Positions 53,278-64,000 of a stretch of DNA of 64,000 nucleotides are shown here, one piece after another. The stretch's first letter is position 1, and each line of letters begins with the position of its first letter. The notes under the pieces were generated by a model. The model was not told where the DNA came from. It did not search any database and saw only the letters and a list, made by a program, of their open reading frames with translations. The translations under genes and the position numbers were made by a program. This DNA comes from Bacilli bacterium (GTDB lineage Bacteria; Bacillota_I; Bacilli_A; RF39; UBA660), in assembly GCA_017450205.1 (NCBI GenBank), contig JAFSVF010000015.1, positions 34,106 through 98,105 on the forward strand, in the 5' to 3' direction.

Positions 53278-53604
53278 CTAAGCCTCTTTCTTAGTAGTTT
53301 TCTTAGTTGAAGCTTTCTTAGTTGTTTTAGCTACTTTAGTTGTTTTTGATGATTTGTACTTAGCCCAAACACCAGTTTGAGTTAAAATGCTTTTTACTGT
53401 ATCAGTAGGTTGAGCTCCATTGTTTAACCAAGTGATAATTTCTTCTTCTTTAACAGAATATTTATTATCAGCTAGTAATGGATTGTAAGTACCAACAGTA
53501 GCAATGAATCTTCCGTCTCTTGGACTTCTTGAATCAGCAACTATAATTCTATAGAAAGGTTTTTGTTTAGAACCCATTCTTTTTAATCTTAATTTAACAG
53601 CCAT
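53278..53604 (-). CDS. rpsP: 30S ribosomal protein S16 with a Lys/Thr-rich C-terminal tail
   Basis: Start moved to ATG 53604 (SD AGGAGG). [33 protein letters not shown]. Tail [27 protein letters not shown]. Confidence 0.95.
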   Translation of the reverse strand: MAVKLRLKRMGSKQKPFYRIIVADSRSPRDGRFIATVGTYNPLLADNKYSVKEEEIITWLNNGAQPTDTVKSILTQTGVWAKYKSSKTTKVAKTTKKASTKKTTKKEA

Positions 53605-53682
53605 GTCTATGCCTCCTTTTTCTTTATGACCTAATAATAACATACTAAAAAAAGTAAGTCAACTATTTTTGGTTGACTTACT

Positions 53683-55221
53683 TTACTTTTTCCTTGTAGT
53701 ACTACTTGTAGTCGTAGTAGTCTCAGTATTTTCTAAAAGATTTGATTTATCATTATAAATATTTTGAATAGCAATTTTTATACTATTAATAGAGTCTTCA
53801 TTAGGAACTACAACAGATGCTTTAGCATTACCAAGTGAATAACATGGTTTTACTTGAGATACTCCATCTGCAGAAATACTAGTAAAATTCCATTCTGTAT
53901 TCTTAGATAATTGTTTCTTAGCAAAACTAATCATAGTATCACCACTCATATTAGTTATTACATTACCAATTAATGAATTAATAATATTATTATATCCTTT
54001 TAATATCGCAGGACTCATTGCCTTCTTCATTATTGCTTCTAAGATATCCATTTGATTTTCACCGCGAGACATATCACCCTTAGCTAGAGTCTTTCTATGT
54101 CTAGCATAAGCAAGTGCTTGTTCTCCATTAAGTTTTTGTTTACCTTTCTTTAAACAAATTTGATTATCAAAATTTCTCTTACTATCTTGTTCACAAAATG
54201 ATTTAGAAACATCAACTTCAATTCCACCTAAAGCATTAATAATCTTCATAAATGAAGTAAAGTTAATTCTTACATAATAATCTATATCTACATCATATAA
54301 GTTTTCTAAAGTACCAATACTTTCTTCAAGTCCATATATACCTGAATGAGTTAGTTTATCACTTTTATTAGATGTTTTAAGAGGAACATAATAGTCTCTA
54401 GGAGTATTAACCATAAGAACTTGATGAGTCTTAGGATTTATACTAAGTAAAATATTAACATCAGTTCTAGCTTTAGATCCAACTTTACCAGAAGTATCAA
54501 TACCACTTATATAAACAGTAAATGTATCCTTAGTAACATCTTTATTACTAGTTTCTGCTTTTACATAATTAACAATGTCAAATGAATATATTAATTTTAA
54601 ATTATTATAATTCTCTTCATATTCTTCTTTAACTATATCTTCATATGATTTACTCATAAATATCGCATCTGTCTTAGATTCACTTATATAAGTAATTAAA
54701 TCTTCGAGATTATCTTTAGAATCTAATGTATATTCTAAATTAACATCTTTATCAAACTTATCTAAAGCTGTCTGATTATCTTTTTCATTTTCCATATGAA
54801 GGTAAGTTATCGTCTTACCACTTAAATCTTTTATATCATCATAATGTGAGTTTACATTAACATATACTCCATAAGTTTCTACCCTATAACCAGTATCAGT
54901 AATCTTATTTAATAAATCAAAAGCTTTCGTACCATATATACAAAATAATGATTCTACTATCATTACAATAATAGTTAAAATCATAAATATATTTTTAATC
55001 CAATGTCTTAATTTACTATTAACAACTAAAAGAATAATAACTGTATATACAATACTAACTAATATAAAAGGAATTAATTGATATAAAGTAAATACTTCTT
55101 TAATAATTGTATAACCAAAAGTAAATACTGTTAAAACTATAAATAAAAATACCATTATTTTATAAATAATAGGATTCAAATGTCTTTTAACCTTTTTCTT
55201 TTTCTTAGGTTTGTTATTCAT
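53683..55221 (-). CDS. LytR-CpsA-Psr (LCP) family cell-envelope phosphotransferase
   Basis: Start moved to ATG 55221 (SD GAGGTG). N-terminal TM helices. LSINPKTHQVLMVNTPRDYYV, INALGGIEVDV, GEQALAYARHR. Thr-rich C-terminus. Confidence 0.85.
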   Translation of the reverse strand: MNNKPKKKKKVKRHLNPIIYKIMVFLFIVLTVFTFGYTIIKEVFTLYQLIPFILVSIVYTVIILLVVNSKLRHWIKNIFMILTIIVMIVESLFCIYGTKAFDLLNKITDTGYRVETYGVYVNVNSHYDDIKDLSGKTITYLHMENEKDNQTALDKFDKDVNLEYTLDSKDNLEDLITYISESKTDAIFMSKSYEDIVKEEYEENYNNLKLIYSFDIVNYVKAETSNKDVTKDTFTVYISGIDTSGKVGSKARTDVNILLSINPKTHQVLMVNTPRDYYVPLKTSNKSDKLTHSGIYGLEESIGTLENLYDVDIDYYVRINFTSFMKIINALGGIEVDVSKSFCEQDSKRNFDNQICLKKGKQKLNGEQALAYARHRKTLAKGDMSRGENQMDILEAIMKKAMSPAILKGYNNIINSLIGNVITNMSGDTMISFAKKQLSKNTEWNFTSISADGVSQVKPCYSLGNAKASVVVPNEDSINSIKIAIQNIYNDKSNLLENTETTTTTSSTTRKK

Positions 55222-55297
55222 AAAAAACACCTCATCAATTAATTCTATCACATTAAGAAAAATAAAAAAAAGTTATGTGTAAACATAACTTCTTCTT

Positions 55298-57895
55298 TTA
55301 CATATTATTTTGTTTATTATATTCAATTCTATTTCTAATTCCTTTAAATATTTCACTAATAAATATAATTACTAAAGAAAGAACAAATAAACTAATAATC
55401 TCTTTAGGTGCTAAGAAAGTAACTTTAAACATCTTAGCAAGGAATGGTACATTAGTAATTAATAATTCAAGTAATATAGAAGATATAATTGTAAATACAA
55501 CTAATGGATTATCAAAGATATTAATTTTTAAAATACTATTCTTTTCAGATTTACAATTTAATACATGAACATTTTGAATGAATACCATTAGCATTACAAC
55601 AGCACTTCTAGCTTTTAAAATATCCATATCAATACTATTTAAATAGAACCATAAAGCATTAACAGTCATACTAATTGCAAGCCCATAAACTAATACTTCT
55701 ATAAACATTTCTTTATCAAATAAACTTTCTTTAGTACTTCTAGGTTTATCATCCATTATATTATTTAAACTTCTTTCAAATGAAAGTGCTATATCTTGAA
55801 GTCCATCAGTTACTAGATTTAACCATAAAAGTTGAATAGCAAGTAAAGGTATTTCTAAAACAGCTACAATTGATGATAAGAAGAATACAATCTCAGATAA
55901 TCCACATGATATTAAGAATAATGTAATCTTTCTTATATTAGCATAAGCTACTCTACCTTCTTTAATACCATTAACAATTGAAGTAAAATCATCATCTACT
56001 ATAATCATACTTGCGGTATCTTTAGCAACATCAGTACCACTACCCATAGATATACCAATATTAGCAGCTTTAATAGCAGGAGCATCATTTACTCCATCTC
56101 CAGTAACTGCAACAAACTCACCTTGTCTTTTTAAACTTTCAACTATATTTAATTTATCAGTTGGAGTAACTCTTGAAAAAACTCTCTTAGTTTTAACAAC
56201 ATCATCAAAGTATTTTTCACCTAACTTAAATGCTTCTTCAAGTTCAAGACCAGTAATAACTTCATCTCTTGATTTACAAATATTTAATGAACTTGCAATT
56301 GAATAACTAGTATTAGGATGATCTCCAGTAATCATAAGCACTTTAATACCAGCTCTTAAACATTCATTAATTGAATATTTAGCTTCTTCTCTAACTGGAT
56401 CAATAAAACCAACCATACCAATAAAATCTAACTTTTCAATTGAATCAACACTATCTACTTTTCCATCACAAACAGCAATAACTCTATAACCATCATTAGT
56501 TAAGTAATCATTTTGTTCAATTAACTTTTTACTCTTCTTAGAAAATTCCATCATCTTTTCTAAAGATCCTTTAGCAGTACATCTAAGTTCACCATTTTCT
56601 CTATAAAAGATTGCCGAATATTGATTTTCAGATTCATATGGAATTACTTTTTCAATTTTAATATCAAGTTTTGCATCTATCTTTTCTCTTAATACAAGGA
56701 ATGCAATATCAATTGAATCTCCTTGAAATGTAACATTTTTTTTAAAAGTAGCTTCATTATTATAAGAACATAATGCAACTAATCTTTCTACTTCATCATA
56801 TTTTTTAGAAAATGCATTAGTAATAGTACCTTCTACATCATAACCAGTACCACTTATTTCAAATTCTTCCCCACTAGGTAAAATAATCTTTTTAGCAGTT
56901 TGTTCATTAACAGTTAAAGTACCAGTTTTATCACTAGCTATAACTGTACAACTACCAAGTGATTCTACTGAATTAAGTTTTTTAACTATAACATTTTCTT
57001 TAGACATTCTTCTACTAGCAATTGTTAAAGCCATTGTTTGAGCAAGTGCTAATCCTTCAGGTAAAGCTGAAACAGATAAAGCAATAACTGAAAGTATTAT
57101 ATCTTTAGGATCTTCTCCTTTTAAGAAAAGTATTGCAGTAGTAATAACAGCAATTACTAAAATAATAATACTAATTTGTTTAGAAAACTTTTCCATTCTT
57201 ATTGTTAAAGGAGACTTTTCTTCTTCAGTTTCTTCAACCTTTTTAGCAATCGCGCCAAGTTCAGTTTCAAGTGAAGTAGCAGTAACAACAACAGTAGCTC
57301 TACCAGACATTACAGAAGTACCAGCATAAACCATATTATGTCTCTCAGCAAGTACAGCTTTTTCTTCAATTAATTTATTATTCTTTTCAACAGATAAAGA
57401 TTCACCAGTTAAACTCGATTCATTAACAAGTAAATTTGATGATTCTACTACTCTTGCATCAGCAGTAATTCTTACTCCACTTTCAAGATATACAATATCA
57501 CCAACTACTAAATCTTCTGAATTAATTTCTATCTTTTTACCATCTCTTAAAACTAAAGCTTTAGTAATAATCATCTTTTGTAATGCATCAGCAGCATCAA
57601 TTGCTTTTGATTCTTCAACTACACCAATAATTACGTCTACTATTACAATACCTAAAATAACACATGCATCTAAACTTTCTCCAATTAAAAAAGAAAATAA
57701 TGCAGTTAATAATAAAATAATAGTTAAAGCAGCAGTTAATTCTTCAAAAATCATTTTAAATATACTTTTTCTCTTTTTAAAAGTTAATACATTTTTACCA
57801 TTTTCTTGAAGTCTATTATTAGCTTCCCTTGATGTTAAACCTTTTTCACTAGATTTTACTAATTCAAATATTTCTTTTAACTCTTTATTATACAT
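55298..57895 (-). CDS. P-type cation-transporting ATPase (type IIA, Ca2+-pump-like)
   Basis: 865 aa. TGES, DKTGTLT, MITGDH, TGDGVNDAPA. About 10 TM helices. Confidence 0.9.
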   Translation of the reverse strand: MYNKELKEIFELVKSSEKGLTSREANNRLQENGKNVLTFKKRKSIFKMIFEELTAALTIILLLTALFSFLIGESLDACVILGIVIVDVIIGVVEESKAIDAADALQKMIITKALVLRDGKKIEINSEDLVVGDIVYLESGVRITADARVVESSNLLVNESSLTGESLSVEKNNKLIEEKAVLAERHNMVYAGTSVMSGRATVVVTATSLETELGAIAKKVEETEEEKSPLTIRMEKFSKQISIIILVIAVITTAILFLKGEDPKDIILSVIALSVSALPEGLALAQTMALTIASRRMSKENVIVKKLNSVESLGSCTVIASDKTGTLTVNEQTAKKIILPSGEEFEISGTGYDVEGTITNAFSKKYDEVERLVALCSYNNEATFKKNVTFQGDSIDIAFLVLREKIDAKLDIKIEKVIPYESENQYSAIFYRENGELRCTAKGSLEKMMEFSKKSKKLIEQNDYLTNDGYRVIAVCDGKVDSVDSIEKLDFIGMVGFIDPVREEAKYSINECLRAGIKVLMITGDHPNTSYSIASSLNICKSRDEVITGLELEEAFKLGEKYFDDVVKTKRVFSRVTPTDKLNIVESLKRQGEFVAVTGDGVNDAPAIKAANIGISMGSGTDVAKDTASMIIVDDDFTSIVNGIKEGRVAYANIRKITLFLISCGLSEIVFFLSSIVAVLEIPLLAIQLLWLNLVTDGLQDIALSFERSLNNIMDDKPRSTKESLFDKEMFIEVLVYGLAISMTVNALWFYLNSIDMDILKARSAVVMLMVFIQNVHVLNCKSEKNSILKINIFDNPLVVFTIISSILLELLITNVPFLAKMFKVTFLAPKEIISLFVLSLVIIFISEIFKGIRNRIEYNKQNNM

Positions 57896-57960
57896 AACAT
57901 CACCATAATAATTATATACATAAATATTAAAAAAATCACTTCATTAGAAGTGATTTTATA

Positions 57961-59040
57961 TTAAATATTATCTCTATCTCTTAAGAATGGTGGAATATCA
58001 TATTCATCATCAATTACACTCATTGGTTTTACTGGTTGAACAGTTTCTTCAACTTGGTAACTTGAAGTTTGAGGTTCCATTGTTCCTAAGTTATCTTCAT
58101 ATCCAGTTGCAATAACTGTAACAATAACTTCATCATTTAGTGATTCATTAATTACAGCACCAAATATAATATTAATATCAGTTGAAGCAGCTTCTCTTAC
58201 AACTTCAGCAGCATCTTCAGCTTCAAATAATGTAAGTGTTTTACCACCAGTTACATTAATAATTGCATCAGTAGCACCTACAATTGAAGTTTCAAGAAGT
58301 GGACTTGATACTGCTTGTTGAGCTGCTTTAATAGCTCTATCTTCACCAGTTCCAAGACCAATACCAATTAACGCATTTCCACGTTTTTCCATAATTGCTC
58401 TAACATCTGCAAAGTCTAGGTTTACTAAACCTGATACAGCAATAAGGTCTGAAATTGATTGAACACCTCTATGTAATACATTATCTACTTCACTAAATGC
58501 ATCTAACATAGGTGTAGATTTATCAATAATATCTCTTAATCTATCATTTGGAATAACAATTAAAGTATCAACATGTTTTCTTAATTCATCAACACCGATA
58601 ATTGCTTGTTCCATTCTTCTTTTACCTTCGAATTTAAATGGTTTAGTAACAATACCAACTGTTAAAGCTCCAATATCTTGTGCAATTTCTGCAATAATTG
58701 GAGAAGCACCAGTTCCAGTACCTCCACCCATACCACAAGTAACGAAGATCATATCAGCTCCATCTAAAGCTGCTCTAATTTCATCTTTAGATTCTTCAGC
58801 TGCTTCTCTTCCTATTTCTGGGTTAGCTCCTGCTCCAAGTCCATTAGTAAGTTTTTCACCAATTTGTAGTTTAACTTGTGCTGGAGAAGCATCTAATACT
58901 TGTTTATCAGTATTTGCAACGATAAATTCAACACCCTTAACTCCTGCTTTAATCATTCTGTTAACAGCATTACATCCACCGCCACCAACACCAATAACTT
59001 TAATCTTAGCGATTTGATTCATTTCTAATCCGTTATTCAT
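57961..59040 (-). CDS. ftsZ: Cell division protein FtsZ
   Basis: [20 protein letters not shown]-terminal peptide DIPPFLR. Confidence 0.97.
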   Translation of the reverse strand: MNNGLEMNQIAKIKVIGVGGGGCNAVNRMIKAGVKGVEFIVANTDKQVLDASPAQVKLQIGEKLTNGLGAGANPEIGREAAEESKDEIRAALDGADMIFVTCGMGGGTGTGASPIIAEIAQDIGALTVGIVTKPFKFEGKRRMEQAIIGVDELRKHVDTLIVIPNDRLRDIIDKSTPMLDAFSEVDNVLHRGVQSISDLIAVSGLVNLDFADVRAIMEKRGNALIGIGLGTGEDRAIKAAQQAVSSPLLETSIVGATDAIINVTGGKTLTLFEAEDAAEVVREAASTDINIIFGAVINESLNDEVIVTVIATGYEDNLGTMEPQTSSYQVEETVQPVKPMSVIDDEYDIPPFLRDRDNI

Positions 59041-59051
59041 AATTTCACTCC

Positions 59052-60293
59052 TTAATTATCAAAGAAAATTCCAAATACTTTTCCTAGTACAGAATCCCCT
59101 AAATTAATTCTTTTTTCGCCTCCACCACAAATAATGTCAATTTCATCTTGAGTAAATGTTGAAAAATCCCTATCTCTTAACTTAAGTTTATAATCAAAAA
59201 ACTTAATCATACCGATAGCTGTGGCGTATTCATTACTACGTGCACCTATAACCATTATCTTTCCAGCATTTGCTTTGGTTCCAAATACACTTTCTACTTC
59301 TAAAGGAAAGTCACGAGTTTCACTCAATCCTCCACTTATAATTATATAACTAATTTCTTTCTTTGTTAAGTAGTTAATTTCGTTTTTGGCCATGTTTAAA
59401 ATCTCTCTTAAACGGCTCATAACTACTTCAGTTAGTTCTTTTTGATTAATTGTAATCTTTTGACCTAAAGTATTAACTAAAGTTTGTTTTTCAGATTCTC
59501 TTGCATTCTTCTTATTAGCAAGTGCTAACTTTTTCTTTAAATCACTAGCTTGTTCAGGTGTAACTTTATAAATAAATGAAATATCATTATCTACATTCTT
59601 TCCACCAACACCAATTACTAAGTTATTAACAATAATACCTTTATTAAATACAGATATCTTTGTAGTATCATATCCAATATCTATAACAATACCAGTTTCA
59701 GTATCAGTAGAAACATTTTTATGTGCCCAGTAAGTACCAATACTTGGTATCATTACATCAACAACTTCTACTCCAACCTTTTCTAAACATTTAGCAGTTG
59801 TATAAATTTCTCTTTTAGGTACTGATACTATTACACTCTTAACAGATAACTTAGAACCCTTCATTTCTTTAGGATTTCCTACCTTAACTCCATCCACCTT
59901 AAATGATATTGGAACAACAGTAACTAAATCATTACCTTTATGAATATTATCACCAACTGATTGTTTTAATACTCTAGTAATATCACCAACTGAAATTTCT
60001 TTATCATCACTTGTAATAGTAATTGATCCTTCACCAACTTTAAAATCAGCTGAATCCTCGTTTACTGTAACAAGTGCTTTAGATATTTTGGCGCCTAACA
60101 TTTCTTCTGCTTTCTTAAGAAGCTTTTTTAAAGCATAACCTGTTTCTTCAGGTTCACAAATTGCACCTTTTTTAACACCACGAGATTCTTCACTTAATGC
60201 ACATAGAATATTAAGTCTCTCACCTAATATCTCAGCAACAACAAGTTTAATTTTTTCTCCACCAATATCAATTGATGCAATAATTTCTCTCAT
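59052..60293 (-). CDS. ftsA: Cell division protein FtsA
   Basis: 413 aa. Actin-like ATPase ([27 protein letters not shown]). Directly upstream of ftsZ. Confidence 0.9.
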   Translation of the reverse strand: MREIIASIDIGGEKIKLVVAEILGERLNILCALSEESRGVKKGAICEPEETGYALKKLLKKAEEMLGAKISKALVTVNEDSADFKVGEGSITITSDDKEISVGDITRVLKQSVGDNIHKGNDLVTVVPISFKVDGVKVGNPKEMKGSKLSVKSVIVSVPKREIYTTAKCLEKVGVEVVDVMIPSIGTYWAHKNVSTDTETGIVIDIGYDTTKISVFNKGIIVNNLVIGVGGKNVDNDISFIYKVTPEQASDLKKKLALANKKNARESEKQTLVNTLGQKITINQKELTEVVMSRLREILNMAKNEINYLTKKEISYIIISGGLSETRDFPLEVESVFGTKANAGKIMVIGARSNEYATAIGMIKFFDYKLKLRDRDFSTFTQDEIDIICGGGEKRINLGDSVLGKVFGIFFDN

Positions 60294-60404
60294 GTCTAAG
60301 CACCTTCCATATCTTTACGTAATTATACTATAATATTCCTTAAAATAAAAGATAAACTCAATGTATTTGGGTTATGTATACAACGTATACGTGTTATAAT
60401 GTAA

Positions 60405-61757
60405 ATGGTGAATGTTATGAAAAATAGTTTAGCTATTATACTAAATAAAACAATTAGTTTAGGTTGTAAAATATTAAAACCTATTTTAAAGAAAGATGGT
60501 TCAGTTACTCCAGGGTACTATGCATCTAAATTAAATAAGAATATACTTGATGAATTAGAATATCCAAACTTAAGAATTGGTGTTACTGGTTCTTCAGGAA
60601 AAGGAACAACTACTAAGTTAATTGCACATGTTCTAAAGGAAAATGGATATAAAGTAGTATGGAATGAAAATGGTTCTAACCTATTTAATGCAGCAGCTAC
60701 TCTTCTTTTAAACAACTCAGGAACATTTAATAAAAGAATTAAAGCAGATGTTGTTTTAATGGAACTAGATGAAAGTTATGTTAATAAAGTATTTCATAAA
60801 AATAAATTAACTCATTTAGTAATTACTAATTTAACTAGAGATCAAGTAGCTAGAAATGGTTCTCCTGAAGTAGTATATAAAAAAATACTTAATGCTCTAG
60901 ATGGTGAAACTGAACTTATCATTAATGGAGATGATATTTTAGTTAATAAATTTTCTCTAGATCATAAAGGAAAGCTAGTTAAATATGGAATTGGTAAAAC
61001 AAAGAATGATACTAAAGAACCTACTATCCCAGTAGATGGAGTTTATTGTCCAAAGTGTCATAGTAAAATTAAATATAATTACTATCACTATGGTCATTTA
61101 GGAGATTATAAATGTCCTAAGTGTTCTTTTGAAAGAGGACCTATCAAATATGAAACAACTAATGTTAATTTACTTTCAAGAACTATTAAAATAAACAATA
61201 ATAAAGTAAATATTAATTCAAGTTTTATGTTTAGTGCTTATGCTTTTACAGCAGCCTATTCTCTACTTAAAGAACTAGGACTTACTGATACACAAATAAT
61301 AAATTCATTTAATACTTATTCATCTAAACTTGAAGAATTTCCATATTTAGGTAAAAGAAGAATTGAAATGTTAGATTCTAAACACGAAAATAACTTAAGT
61401 TATGAATCTAGTCTTTCCTATATTAAAGAAATGCCAGGAGATAAAACAGTTATAATTGGATTTGATAATGTATCAAGAAGATATAACTTTAATGATTTAT
61501 CTTGGTTATATGATATAAACTTTAGTGTTCTAAATGATAAATCAATTGATAAAATATATATAATTGGTAAATTTAAATATGATGTATATTCATGTTTAAT
61601 TCATAATAAAGTTAATAAAAAGAAAATAATTCTTGTAGATGATTATAAAAATAATCTACTTAAGAAAATTAAAAATAATTCTAAAGGTAATATTTATTCA
61701 ATGGTATTTGTTGATACAATGGAACCTATTCTTAAATCACTTAAGGAGGTTAAATAA
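60405..61757 (+). CDS. murT: Lipid II isoglutaminyl synthase subunit MurT
   Basis: 450 aa. Mur-ligase P-loop GVTGSSGKGTT, four-Cys ribbon CPKC...CPKC, C-terminal DUF1727-like part. 1-nt overlap with gatD. Confidence 0.85.
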   Translation: MVNVMKNSLAIILNKTISLGCKILKPILKKDGSVTPGYYASKLNKNILDELEYPNLRIGVTGSSGKGTTTKLIAHVLKENGYKVVWNENGSNLFNAAATLLLNNSGTFNKRIKADVVLMELDESYVNKVFHKNKLTHLVITNLTRDQVARNGSPEVVYKKILNALDGETELIINGDDILVNKFSLDHKGKLVKYGIGKTKNDTKEPTIPVDGVYCPKCHSKIKYNYYHYGHLGDYKCPKCSFERGPIKYETTNVNLLSRTIKINNNKVNINSSFMFSAYAFTAAYSLLKELGLTDTQIINSFNTYSSKLEEFPYLGKRRIEMLDSKHENNLSYESSLSYIKEMPGDKTVIIGFDNVSRRYNFNDLSWLYDINFSVLNDKSIDKIYIIGKFKYDVYSCLIHNKVNKKKIILVDDYKNNLLKKIKNNSKGNIYSMVFVDTMEPILKSLKEVK

Positions 61758-62416
61758 TGAAATCAATTAAAATATTACACCTTTACTATGATCTAATGAA
61801 TCTATCTGGTGAAGATGGAAACATGGTAGCTATCAAAGACTTTCTTGATAATGAAGGATGTAAATATCAAATAGATAAATTATCTTTAAATGATAAAATA
61901 GATTTTAATAAATATAGTTTTATATATATCGGCGATGGTTCAAGAGAAGCTCAAGAACTAGCAAGACAAGATATTTTAAAATATAAATATCAATTAAAAA
62001 AAGTATTTAAAGATAAACTTATCTTAGCAACTGGTAACTCATTTGAACTATTCGGTTCATCAATAGATAATAAAGAATGTCTTAATCTATTACCATTTAA
62101 AACTTTATATTTAAAAGACTATGTTGTAGAAGAAAAAATCGTAGATACAGACTTTTTTAATAAACCAGTAATTGCTTTTGTTAATAGAAATAGTGAAGCT
62201 AAAATAAAAAGTAATTACTTCTTAAATAAAGATGGTATACATACAGATAACTTCTATGGAACTTACTTTTTAGGTCCACTTCTAATAAGAAACCCTTATT
62301 TATTAAATAGATTTATGGAACTTCTATTTAAAAAGAATGATATGAAAATTACAAGTGACTATAAAAATGTAGATATCCTAGCATATAATGAATATTTAAA
62401 AAATTATAAAAAATAA
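61757..62416 (+). CDS. gatD: GatD-like (CobQ-type glutamine amidotransferase) partner of MurT, apparently lacking the catalytic Cys and His
   Basis: 219 aa. IKILHLYYDLMNLSGEDGNMVAI and FIYIGDGSRE parallel GatD. The expected CGG-Y-Q-x-LG is GNSFELFG and the expected GTYLHGP is GTYFLGP. Confidence 0.65.
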   Translation: MKSIKILHLYYDLMNLSGEDGNMVAIKDFLDNEGCKYQIDKLSLNDKIDFNKYSFIYIGDGSREAQELARQDILKYKYQLKKVFKDKLILATGNSFELFGSSIDNKECLNLLPFKTLYLKDYVVEEKIVDTDFFNKPVIAFVNRNSEAKIKSNYFLNKDGIHTDNFYGTYFLGPLLIRNPYLLNRFMELLFKKNDMKITSDYKNVDILAYNEYLKNYKK

Positions 62417-62440
62417 GAACTTCAATTGAAGTTCTTTTTT
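62416..62440. terminator. Bidirectional terminator between the convergent gatD and lemA genes
   Basis: Perfect hairpin agaacttcaattgaagttct (62416-62435) followed by a T-run. Confidence 0.65.
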
Positions 62441-62939
62441 AATCTATTCCCCTAAAGAATATCCAAGGAGTAATACTATTAACCTTAGCTATTAAACTTG
62501 TTGGAAACATCTTAACCAAATTATTAATTTTAAGAATAGTATCATTATATTCTTTTCTTAAAACTTCGATTCTATTAAAAGAATCATTAAAAGCTTTATT
62601 CCATTCTTCGTTATTTAATTTAGCAAGAATCATATCAATAACTTTATTAATATCATAATATGAATTAATAACATCCTCAGTACTTACTTTAGTTTGATAA
62701 CTTTGAGTAAGAGCAGCAACTTGTTGTTTAGTTCGATCATCTAAATATTGACTTGCTACATCATTTAATTGTCCTAAAAGATTAATTCTTATATTGATCT
62801 CTTTTATTATATTAGCCCAAGTATTAGTTGCCTTATTTTTATTTATCATAAGTTTATTATAAGAATTACAATAAATAAAAGTTAATAAAGAAACTACTAA
62901 AGCAATTACAACTATATTAATTATAATTTCCATAATCAC
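62439..62939 (-). CDS. lemA: LemA family protein
   Basis: 166 aa. N-terminal TM. YNKLMINKNKATNTWANIIKEINIRINLLGQL pattern of LemA. Confidence 0.75.
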   Translation of the reverse strand: MIMEIIINIVVIALVVSLLTFIYCNSYNKLMINKNKATNTWANIIKEINIRINLLGQLNDVASQYLDDRTKQQVAALTQSYQTKVSTEDVINSYYDINKVIDMILAKLNNEEWNKAFNDSFNRIEVLRKEYNDTILKINNLVKMFPTSLIAKVNSITPWIFFRGID

Positions 62940-62940
62940 A

Positions 62941-63147
62941 CTACCTTACTGGATCATATCCACCCTTAGAGAATGGATTACACCTTAATATTCTTTTTAT
63001 TCCCATAAATGTACCCTTTAATGCACCATACTTTATAATAGCTTGCTTAGTATATTCAGAACATGTTGGAGTAAACTTACAAACACTATGTGTACTAAGT
63101 GGTGCTTTTTGATAAATTTCAATTAATTTAATTAGTATCTTTTTCAT
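62941..63147 (-). CDS. yidD: Membrane protein insertion efficiency factor YidD
   Basis: 68 aa. [28 protein letters not shown]. Confidence 0.9.
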   Translation of the reverse strand: MKKILIKLIEIYQKAPLSTHSVCKFTPTCSEYTKQAIIKYGALKGTFMGIKRILRCNPFSKGGYDPVR

Positions 63148-63928
63148 TCTTTTTCTTCTTCTCTTTATAATCTAATGTTTTTGAATCATTATTCTCTTCA
63201 TTTAGCATCTTTATATGAGTTTTTAATAACATATCATGTAATCCTTTACCATCTTCTCTAAAGACCACAATTGCATACATAAATACTAAATAAAATGATG
63301 ATACTCCAGTTATATAATTATAAACGTTCGAATAATTCTTAAAGCTTAATGTTAAAGCTAGGATTGAATTAATTATTGAAAAACAAATTGTAGAAGTAAA
63401 TAAACTTCTAATTAAGAAAGTATTTAAACTAGGTAATTTATCCTTCTCATCAACAACAAATAGTTTAAATATCTTTTTACCTAAAGTTTGTCCTTTTAAT
63501 ACAAATTGAAGAACTCCAAAATATAAAATAGTAATTACTAATTCTAATATAAATCTTCCTAAATTAAGTTTATTTGCTTTATAATCAGATTCCCTAGCAT
63601 AATCCTTTGTATAATCAAATAACTCTTCATTTAATTTTTCTTTTTCAACTTCTTCATTTAAATGTTTTTCTACTACTAAAGAAAGATTTGGATACTTATT
63701 CTTAATTTCATTAAATTCATCTTCATTAATAATCTTATCTTCTAAATATTTATCATTGCTTTTAGTAATTTCAATATATTCATTAACTACATCAGTATAA
63801 CTTTTATTTAACTCTTTAATTTTCTTATCATTAAAGAAAGGAATAGTACTTACAACCAATGTTAAAATAAGTCCTAATAAAAGAACATCTATTAAATAAG
63901 CAAACGTTCTAAAGAATACTTTTTTCAT
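63128..63928 (-). CDS. RDD family membrane protein
   Basis: 266 aa. N-terminal [11 protein letters not shown], Lys/Glu-rich insert, C-terminal [13 protein letters not shown]. Confidence 0.6.
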   Translation of the reverse strand: MKKVFFRTFAYLIDVLLLGLILTLVVSTIPFFNDKKIKELNKSYTDVVNEYIEITKSNDKYLEDKIINEDEFNEIKNKYPNLSLVVEKHLNEEVEKEKLNEELFDYTKDYARESDYKANKLNLGRFILELVITILYFGVLQFVLKGQTLGKKIFKLFVVDEKDKLPSLNTFLIRSLFTSTICFSIINSILALTLSFKNYSNVYNYITGVSSFYLVFMYAIVVFREDGKGLHDMLLKTHIKMLNEENNDSKTLDYKEKKKKNEKDTN

Positions 63929-64000
63929 TCTATCACCTGTTTAAATTATACAATTATTTTGAAACAATTGAAATATTAAAGTTTTTATTGTATTATGTTT

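Noticed and set aside
55275-55568. Plus-strand 97-aa ORF overlapping the 3' end of the P-type ATPase gene
   Set aside because: It is antisense to the last TM helices of the ATPase, has no SD, and shows only mirror-image hydrophobicity.
1-64000. Remaining short antisense ORFs in the track (9827-10042, 16449-16694, 17423-17626, 20654-20854, 30676-31032, 32924-33136, 36128-36376, 42256-42438, 44449-44631, 47610-47891, 60518-60715)
   Set aside because: Each is fully embedded antisense in a longer gene with recognisable motifs. None has a convincing SD or any recognisable domain.
1-64000. CRISPR arrays, tRNA/rRNA genes, IS elements, integrases, prophage genes
   Set aside because: All intergenic gaps are under ~210 bp and are explained by promoters, terminators or leaders. 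No spaced short repeats, no cloverleaf-capable segments and no recombinase-like ORFs were seen.

Overview
Very AT-rich (about a quarter GC by eye), tightly packed, standard-code Bacillota-like chromosome segment. TGA acts as a stop, for example in the ATGA overlap at 41167-41170. All but five genes lie on the minus strand. Core genes: ftsE/ftsX, rmuC, tmk-tdk, infC-rpmI-rplT behind an L20-leader-like attenuator, rpoZ, cmk, mgtE, gpmI, xth, htpG (CIRCE operator), rpsP plus a KH protein, an LCP protein, a P-type ATPase, ftsA-ftsZ, murT-gatD, lemA, yidD. Accessory content: (1) a ~13 kb Gram-positive-type T4SS block (2701-15879) containing VirB6-like, PrgI/VirB3-like, a VirB4 split into two ORFs, three wall-hydrolase domains and a VirD4-like coupling protein. 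I see no relaxase, integrase or transposase, and the block sits between core genes. (2) The coupling-protein gene has its own MerR-type promoter (19-nt spacer, palindromic operator), almost identical to the promoter of a stand-alone MerR gene 40 kb away (45214-45630). (3) Three large type IV pilin-like proteins share one stalk module with different heads. Two are tandem paralogs with ~96% identical 588-bp 5' modules flanking two orphan genes; the third carries a DUF285/BspA LRR head. (4) A class B sortase and a thioester-domain adhesin ending in LVSTG. (5) An SOS-box promoter driving a Y-family polymerase, a YolD-like protein and a YhhQ-like transporter. (6) A GatD whose catalytic Cys and His appear substituted. 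No rRNA, tRNA, CRISPR array, transposase or integrase was recognised. All calls come from reading ORF translations and intergenic sequence by eye; no searches were run.
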